In this document: positions 26,808 to 31,701 of the stretch, piece after piece
How the letters are laid out: every line of letters starts with the position of its first letter
Numbering within the stretch: position 1 is the first letter of the stretch
IMG/VR virus record: IMGVR_UViG_3300044806_000461
Span: 1 to 31,701 of that record
Length of the DNA: 31,701 nucleotides
Direction: 5' to 3' (one strand)
Source: a virus
Lineage: Duplodnaviria; Caudoviricetes
Translations under genes and position numbers: made by a program
Notes under the pieces: model-generated
What the model was told of the DNA's origin: nothing
The model's database searches: none
Seen by the model: only the letters and a program-made list of their open reading frames with translations

Positions 26808-27337
26808 CAGACAAACTAACTTCTTTTTTGACGCGCCACCACGCCTGCATCGAGGTCCTCGCGCGCCTCGCGGCGACAGGTGCGGCTACGCCCGAGGAGG
26901 CGTTCGAACGCGCCGACGACCGCGACCTCGTCTGGGCGGTGACGCGCCCGGGAGTCATGAGCGCGGACCAGCGGCGCAGATTTTTGTCCGAGGCTGTCCT
27001 CGCGCCAATTGAACATCTGCTGACCGACGCGAGATCGCTCAATATTTTGCAGAAGTTGCGCGCAAACGAGCAGATAACTGATGCGGACAGGTTGTCTGCG
27101 GCGGATGCGGCGGATGATGCGTTGGCGGATGCGTCGGATGCGTCGTATGCGGCGGCGCGGGCGGCGTGGTCGGCGGCGCAGGCGTCGGCGGAGCGGGCGT
27201 CGGATGCGGCGGCGTATGCGGCGGCGGCGGCGGCGGTGGCGAAGGCGGAGGATGCGGATGCGGCGGATGCTGCGCGGGCGGCACAGGCCAAATGGATTCG
27301 TAAAAATTTCAGGCTCGCGGATTTACGTACAAACTAA
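26804..27337 (+). CDS. Ala-rich helical repeat protein, paralogue 2
   Basis: Shares the N-domain and the C-terminal AQA.W.R.NF cap with 24032..24616. Confidence 0.85.
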   Translation: MTDKLTSFLTRHHACIEVLARLAATGAATPEEAFERADDRDLVWAVTRPGVMSADQRRRFLSEAVLAPIEHLLTDARSLNILQKLRANEQITDADRLSAADAADDALADASDASYAAARAAWSAAQASAERASDAAAYAAAAAAVAKAEDADAADAARAAQAKWIRKNFRLADLRTN

Positions 27338-27348
27338 TGAGGTAAAAA

Positions 27349-27549
27349 ATGATTTGCAAATTCTGCAACTTTAATGCAAAAGGATATTCCGCAGAACAAA
27401 ATGGTTTTTGGCTGGAAAAGGATGAACCACATATCGGAGAGTATGCATTATTCCGATATGAAGGTGACCCGGATGAAGGGTGTGTGGAAATGATCGAAAT
27501 AAAGTTTTGTCCGATGTGCGGGCGAAAACTGGAGGAGCATGGAAAATGA
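27349..27549 (+). CDS. Small zinc-ribbon protein
   Basis: CKFC...FCPMCGRKL; RBS GAGGT. Confidence 0.8.
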   Translation: MICKFCNFNAKGYSAEQNGFWLEKDEPHIGEYALFRYEGDPDEGCVEMIEIKFCPMCGRKLEEHGK

Positions 27550-28076
27550 TGAAAACAATTTTATTGGCGATTAAGCCAAAGTGGGCGGAGAAAATTTACT
27601 CCCGTGAAAAGCACATAGAGTTCCGCCGGGCTATTCCCAAGTGCATCCATCCCGGAGAAGAAGAATATGTGAATGTTCTTTTGTACGAATCAGCGCCCGT
27701 AAGCAAGGTAACTGGTCGGTGCCTTATGTGCGTAAGCGCATTTGCGCCGGACGGAAAGTTCAGCGACGAGACGCTTAAAAAAGGATGCGTAACGGAACAG
27801 GAAATGGCGAGCTATTCCCGTGGACGCCCAGTTTATGCGCTGTCCGTGAGCGGATCAGAAAAATGGGATGTTCCGAAGAACATATCCTGCTACAAAAAAC
27901 GGGCGCCGATGAACTATGTCTACCAGCTCATGTGTGATTGCGGCGAGCCTTACGATGCCGATAAGGGCCCGTGTCACGTAAGGTGCAAGGGATGCGATCG
28001 CATCGTAAGAAGGTTTGAAGTGAACGAGTCCGGAAAATGCGAGATGTGCACGTGGGATTGCACGAGGGATGATTAA
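27546..28076 (+). CDS. ASCH-domain protein with a C-terminal Cys-rich domain
   Basis: LLAIKPKWAEKIYSREKHIEFRR and LYESAPV; CDC...CHVRCKGC...CEMC tail. Confidence 0.85.
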   Translation: MMKTILLAIKPKWAEKIYSREKHIEFRRAIPKCIHPGEEEYVNVLLYESAPVSKVTGRCLMCVSAFAPDGKFSDETLKKGCVTEQEMASYSRGRPVYALSVSGSEKWDVPKNISCYKKRAPMNYVYQLMCDCGEPYDADKGPCHVRCKGCDRIVRRFEVNESGKCEMCTWDCTRDD

Positions 28077-28081
28077 ATACA

Positions 28082-28110
28082 AGTTTGCGCAATAACGCAC
28101 AAAATAACAA
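28082..28110 (+). repeat. 29-bp palindromic leader, copy 1
   Basis: AGTTTGCGCAATAACGCACAAAATAACAA; 28/29 identical to 28590-28618. Confidence 0.92.
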
Positions 28111-28119
28111 GGAGAAAAA

Positions 28120-28569
28120 ATGAATTCGATTATTTTGTCTATAAAACCTAAATGGGCATCGTTGATCTATGCCGGAAAGAAAGAGGTGGAATGGCGCAAA
28201 AGTATACCCGCAGCAATAGTTTGTGGGCACAGCGATGATGGATTTGTTTCAATCATTACCACACAAGTGTATATGTATGAAACAGCTCCTGTATCTTTAG
28301 TGACGGGATTTTTTGAAATGTGTTGCTGTACGTGCTTCTCAGATACTAAATTAATCCCTAAAGATTATCGAGATTCGGGAGCTGTTCCAATAGTTGACCT
28401 TGATAAATATGCAAACAAAAAGGCCATTTATGGGTGGGAAATAGATGCCGTCACTAAGTTAAAAGAACCTAATAGGTTATCGGATTTCACAGATTGGCGG
28501 GGAAATAAAATAACAAGACCCCCGCAGAGCTGGATGTACCACGATTTTGAAGATGATAAATATTACTGA
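28120..28569 (+). CDS. ASCH-domain protein
   Basis: ILSIKPKWASLIYAGKKEVEWRK (GxKxxExR), MYETAP, RPPQSWMY. Confidence 0.9.
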   Translation: MNSIILSIKPKWASLIYAGKKEVEWRKSIPAAIVCGHSDDGFVSIITTQVYMYETAPVSLVTGFFEMCCCTCFSDTKLIPKDYRDSGAVPIVDLDKYANKKAIYGWEIDAVTKLKEPNRLSDFTDWRGNKITRPPQSWMYHDFEDDKYY

Positions 28570-28589
28570 TGCGCTGGGTGACAATCACG

Positions 28590-28618
28590 AGTTTGTGCAA
28601 TAACGCACAAAATAACAA
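28590..28618 (+). repeat. 29-bp palindromic leader, copy 2
   Basis: AGTTTGTGCAATAACGCACAAAATAACAA; perfect TTTGTGC-N6-GCACAAA inverted repeat. Confidence 0.92.
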
Positions 28619-28629
28619 CAAGGAACAAT

Positions 28630-28983
28630 ATGAAACAGCTTGAAATCAATGACCTCAACACGGCAAAATATACAGCCATCTATCACGAGGATGACCCGAA
28701 GTTCAATGCGCCGCATCACTTCGTGATCTGTGATGGCGCTGAACGCTGGCAGATGAAAATTGATATGCAGGAAGGACCAATCAAGGAATGCGGAGTCAAC
28801 GGATGCTGCAATGAGGATCTTCTCAACATTGTCAAGACTCGGCTCGAAGGCTTCCAGAATTCCGAATTCGCTTGCCGTGAAAATGCGGAGGCGCTCACTA
28901 AGCTTGAGGAAGCTCTGCTATGGTTGCACCACCGCACCAATAAGCGCGTGGCACGAGGAGTGGAAGGAACTCACACGGTATAG
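28630..28983 (+). CDS. tad1: Tad1-family anti-Thoeris signalling-molecule sponge
   Basis: 117 aa; APHHFVI...QEGP...G..NEDLLNIVKTRLEGFQ..FACRENAEALTKLEEALLWL..RT..R..RGVEGT follows Tad1 along its whole length. Confidence 0.85.
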   Translation: MKQLEINDLNTAKYTAIYHEDDPKFNAPHHFVICDGAERWQMKIDMQEGPIKECGVNGCCNEDLLNIVKTRLEGFQNSEFACRENAEALTKLEEALLWLHHRTNKRVARGVEGTHTV

Positions 28984-29048
28984 CATCTAACCGCGCCCGT
29001 GCGTATCGCGGGACTTATTACATACAAATTAACAATGAGAAAGAATCA

Positions 29049-29126
29049 ATGCCGATAGACTACAAAAAATATCCGCCAAACTGGTTGACAGAAATACGCC
29101 CAAGAATTCTTAAAATAGCAGGATGA
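29049..29126 (+). pseudogene. 25-aa N-terminal remnant of an HNH-type protein
   Basis: MPIDYKKYPPNWLTEIRPRILKIAG* resembles the YPxNW..IR..IL.RAG start of phage HNH proteins; it stops where the CxxC should begin. Confidence 0.6.
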
Positions 29127-29165
29127 TTATGAGTTCGCAGCTCTAACCGATTGAGCTAAAACCCC
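29126..29165 (-). tRNA. 5' half of a tRNA with CAT anticodon (Ile2 or Met), truncated after the anticodon loop
   Basis: GGGGTTT-TA-GCTC-AATCGGTTA-GAGC-T-GCGAA-CTCATAA-T gives acceptor 5' strand, D-arm, anticodon 5' strand and loop; no 3' strand or T-arm follows. Confidence 0.8.
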
Positions 29166-29172
29166 GTAATTA

Positions 29173-29628
29173 TCAGCTAAGAAACAGTATGGCTTCCCTG
29201 TGGCGGCGCAACTTAAGGCCTCGCATCGGCTTGCCTCCGCAAAGCGCCCAGCGCTGGAACTCGTCCGATGCGCCGATGAAGTCCTTAGCCTTTATTTTCC
29301 TTATGAGCATTGACTTTGAGAGCGCCGTTGAGCCAACGTTGTACGCAAGGCTCGCAAGAGCGGATGCCTGATTTTCCGTTAGCTCAACGTCTCCGCACAG
29401 AGCCTTCAGTTCATCAAGCAAAGCCGTAAGCCTGTACGCAAGTTCCTGCTTCGCGACATCGAGCGATAGGTTGCGCACATCCTTTACATCGCGACCGTCG
29501 TGCATTTTTCCGGTGAATCCGAAACCGACTGTCCATATTCCCGCAGAGTCCTTGTAGGCATTGGCTTCGAAGCCTTCCTGCGTACAAATGAAATTTACGA
29601 GTTGACTATTCCCATTCAGTGCGTCCAT
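29173..29628 (-). CDS. Endolysin, GH24 (T4-like) lysozyme
   Basis: E-X8-D-X5-T triad (EGFEANAYKDSAGIWT), SLAYNVG, GLKLRRHRE..LF. Confidence 0.95.
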   Translation of the reverse strand: MDALNGNSQLVNFICTQEGFEANAYKDSAGIWTVGFGFTGKMHDGRDVKDVRNLSLDVAKQELAYRLTALLDELKALCGDVELTENQASALASLAYNVGSTALSKSMLIRKIKAKDFIGASDEFQRWALCGGKPMRGLKLRRHREAILFLS

Positions 29629-30074
29629 ATGATGCTCTCCATTGACCTGTTGAATTTGTATACACCCGGTAGCTTTTCTTCCAGGTCGTAGTAGTGACCG
29701 AAATGATCCACGGCGAATTTAACCCCGGCGGCGCGGCGCTCGGAGACCTTACCGGAAAGAATCATTCCTTGACGCAGAAGCTCATCGGAAAGCGCGCGCG
29801 AAATCCACCCGCTCCAGGAGCAGTCGTGAAAAGCCACTATCGCGCTGTATGTGCTGTAAGGCCCGCACCACTTAGGCACGAACAAATTAATCGCATCGCT
29901 TCCGCTCCGTTTGTCCGTCACCCATCCCTTAAGGAGATGCGCCGTTATGTGACCTTCATCCGTCACGAGGGTGATGTAAGCATCACCCATCAAGCGCCAG
30001 TAACCCTTGACCTCATGCGGCTCAAGATAGAGCGGAGAATTCTCAATGCTTTTCAGCTGTATTGATGTTTCCAT
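29616..30074 (-). CDS. DUF1353-like protein
   Basis: GWVTD..S, HD and SRALSDELL...M motifs; located in the lysis region. Confidence 0.7.
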   Translation of the reverse strand: METSIQLKSIENSPLYLEPHEVKGYWRLMGDAYITLVTDEGHITAHLLKGWVTDKRSGSDAINLFVPKWCGPYSTYSAIVAFHDCSWSGWISRALSDELLRQGMILSGKVSERRAAGVKFAVDHFGHYYDLEEKLPGVYKFNRSMESIIWTH

Positions 30075-30092
30075 TCGTAAAATATATATAAA

Positions 30093-30191
30093 TTAAATTT
30101 TTTTATTAACGCTCATCTTCGCACTTTTGCCTTTCGACAATGCAAGCGAAAGGACAAGTTGAGCGAGTAAATTAAGCACAAACTTTTTCAT
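30093..30191 (-). CDS. 32-aa cationic/hydrophobic peptide
   Basis: MKKFVLNLLAQLVLSLALSKGKSAKMSVNKKI*; ATGA overlap with the stop of the upstream gene. Confidence 0.55.
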   Translation of the reverse strand: MKKFVLNLLAQLVLSLALSKGKSAKMSVNKKI

Positions 30192-30445
30192 TTCTCTGCC
30201 TTCTTCGCAAGCTCTACCTTGATGTCAGTGAGCATTGACAAAATTTGATCTATCTTCGGATCGGTCTTGTCAAGACGTCTTTCGCACTGTGATACTTTGT
30301 ACGCAAGAAGTTCGTTCGCAGCGTCCCTGTCTTTAGCGGTTTGCTCGCGTTCTTGCCGTATCTGCGTGTTCTCGGTGTGCGCCTTTACGTATGCGGTGAG
30401 CGCGCCGATAAGAGCGATCAATGCAGTTGCAAGTGTAGGTGTCAT
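30188..30445 (-). CDS. Holin-like single-TM coiled-coil protein
   Basis: N-terminal TM segment LATALIALIGALTAYV followed by a coiled coil; in the lysis cassette. Confidence 0.55.
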   Translation of the reverse strand: MTPTLATALIALIGALTAYVKAHTENTQIRQEREQTAKDRDAANELLAYKVSQCERRLDKTDPKIDQILSMLTDIKVELAKKAEK

Positions 30446-30536
30446 TTTAATTTATCCTACTTTTGCTATGGCATTTGTGGAATGGTTACGGAAGGCACGT
30501 TTATTTCAGACATGATGATTATTCTCCTTTTTAGTT

Positions 30537-31502
30537 TTAAGAGTGCACCTGCACTGTAAATCCTCGTGAGTTCATGGTGTTCCGTGCGGCCAAGCTGGCG
30601 GAGGTCACCGCGCCGCCCGGAGACGGGATAGCAAGCAATTTATTCGAACCGGATGCCATGACGGAAGATGCCGCGAGGTCGATGAAAATTTGATCGGCCA
30701 TTGACGACGTGATCGCCGCCGAAGCTAAATAATACCTGTCAATAGTGGCAGGGAAATAGTCCGGGGTCTCGTAATAAATTGAAAGCCCGCTTCCATTGAT
30801 ACGCCAGGTTGTTAGTTTTTTCAATGGCTGTTTTACCGATCCGCTGCAAGTCAAAAGAGAGCCGTTGAGATATAAATAAGTTAACAGCGTGAGCCCTGCA
30901 ACTGACCCACTACAAGCCAAAAGATTGCCGACGAGATACAAATACGTCAATAGCGTCAGCCCTGCAAGCGAGCCGCTGCAAGTCAAAAGATCGCCAATGA
31001 GAAGCAAATACGTCAATAGCGTCAGCCCTGCAACCGAGCCTTTTATTACAGATAAATTAAGATTTGAATATATTCGTATTGCAGTGCAATGTCTTAAATA
31101 TGCAATGTCCATCCCGTTTATTTTAGGCGCATTTGTCGCTTCTGTAAAAGCGTAATGATACCCACCATGAGAAATCGATCCAAAACAAGGAATGGCACTG
31201 GCATTGTCAACGAGAACGTAAGCCGATCCGCTAGAGAGTCTTACATACAAAGTAGTCAATGCATTAGCGGTAAGCGCCATGCTAGTGGCTTCGCCAAGCG
31301 TGCCCGCCGCATCCGTGTAGAATCTCCCGATGCCCGAGATGTACGCCGTGCTCGTTACGGTTGTGTACAAACGAAGCGTGAACACGCCCGCGCCCGTACC
31401 TGTCGCAGCGAGGGGAATAAGAAGCTTGTTGTCCTTATCGTAAAGGGCTGCGAGCGTTTGGTATTCGCCGTTCGCGGCGATTGCACTGACAGAGTTCATC
31501 AT
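30537..31502 (-). CDS. Leucine-rich-repeat protein, tail-fibre associated
   Basis: Three 22-aa units (GSVAGLTLLTYLYLNGSLLTCS) fit LxxLxLxxNxL; ATGA overlap with the fibre stop. Confidence 0.75.
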   Translation of the reverse strand: MMNSVSAIAANGEYQTLAALYDKDNKLLIPLAATGTGAGVFTLRLYTTVTSTAYISGIGRFYTDAAGTLGEATSMALTANALTTLYVRLSSGSAYVLVDNASAIPCFGSISHGGYHYAFTEATNAPKINGMDIAYLRHCTAIRIYSNLNLSVIKGSVAGLTLLTYLLLIGDLLTCSGSLAGLTLLTYLYLVGNLLACSGSVAGLTLLTYLYLNGSLLTCSGSVKQPLKKLTTWRINGSGLSIYYETPDYFPATIDRYYLASAAITSSMADQIFIDLAASSVMASGSNKLLAIPSPGGAVTSASLAARNTMNSRGFTVQVHS

Positions 31503-31701
31503 ACGGCCGTCCTTTCACCAGTCAAAATCCAGGTGTTTGCAGCAATTTTTCGGAGCATACAAACGCTGTATTGACCATACATCACAAGTGTCAAAGATGA
31601 AAGAAGGGTTACGCCGGATGCGGCGGCAAATGTGACCGTTCCGGTGCCGACGTTTACTACTTCGATCGAATCGCCGATCAAAATATTCGGGGCCGTCGAA
31701 T
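31499..31701 (-). CDS. Tail fibre, C-terminal end (continuation of 1..2483)
   Basis: In frame with the ORF leaving position 1; ends GQYSVCMLRKIAANTWILTGERTAV*. Confidence 0.85.
   Translation of the reverse strand, partial: STAPNILIGDSIEVVNVGTGTVTFAAASGVTLLSSLTLVMYGQYSVCMLRKIAANTWILTGERTAV
31575..31701. repeat. Terminal direct repeat, copy 2
   Basis: Identical to 1-127. Confidence 0.97.

Noticed and set aside
28082-29000. Integron attC sites or a CRISPR mini-array for the 29-bp repeats
   Set aside because: No paired RYYYAAC/GTTRRRY boxes, no integrase or cas genes, and the spacing is a whole gene rather than a spacer
29100-29165. Complete functional tRNA gene
   Set aside because: No anticodon-stem 3' strand, T-arm or acceptor 3' strand follows the loop
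4851-30468. Genome-wide TAG reassignment
   Set aside because: Core genes are intact under code 11 and TAG ends genes sensibly (8592, 28983); the in-frame TAG cases are isolated
24032-31502. Diversity-generating retroelement acting on the paralogues or the LRR gene
   Set aside because: No reverse transcriptase, and differences between repeat copies are not adenine-specific
31575-31701. 127-bp repeat as a biological terminal repeat
   Set aside because: Its length equals a common assembler k-mer and it falls inside a coding sequence; best explained as circular overlap

Overview
The window is an apparently complete, circularly permuted tailed-phage genome of 31,574 unique bp. Bases 1-127 repeat exactly at 31575-31701, consistent with an assembler k-mer overlap. 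The architecture is that of a P22-like podovirus. The minus strand carries the late arm: small and large terminase, portal, scaffold, major capsid, gp4- and gp10-like tail adaptors, ejection proteins, a MuF-like protein and two receptor-binding proteins. One of these is an ~852-aa fibre that crosses the junction and is absent from the ORF track. The arm ends with a leucine-rich-repeat protein and a lysis cassette. The plus strand carries the early arm: a small regulator, a replisome-organiser-like protein, a DUF3310-like protein, an NPPF adenine methyltransferase, a VRR-NUC nuclease, ERF, SSB, two Ala-rich paralogues, an HTH protein, two ASCH proteins and a clear Tad1 anti-Thoeris sponge homologue. 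The arms diverge from an AT-rich, repeat-laden region near 18 kb and converge near 29.1 kb. I see no integrase, polymerase, helicase, par genes or reverse transcriptase. The most interesting area is the distal early arm (about 27.5-29.2 kb), a candidate anti-defence island. There ASCH-2 and Tad1 share a 29-bp palindromic leader, and the island ends at a truncated HNH-type ORF abutting an isolated 5' half of a tRNA(CAU). All family assignments come from motif recognition by eye; no database searches were run.
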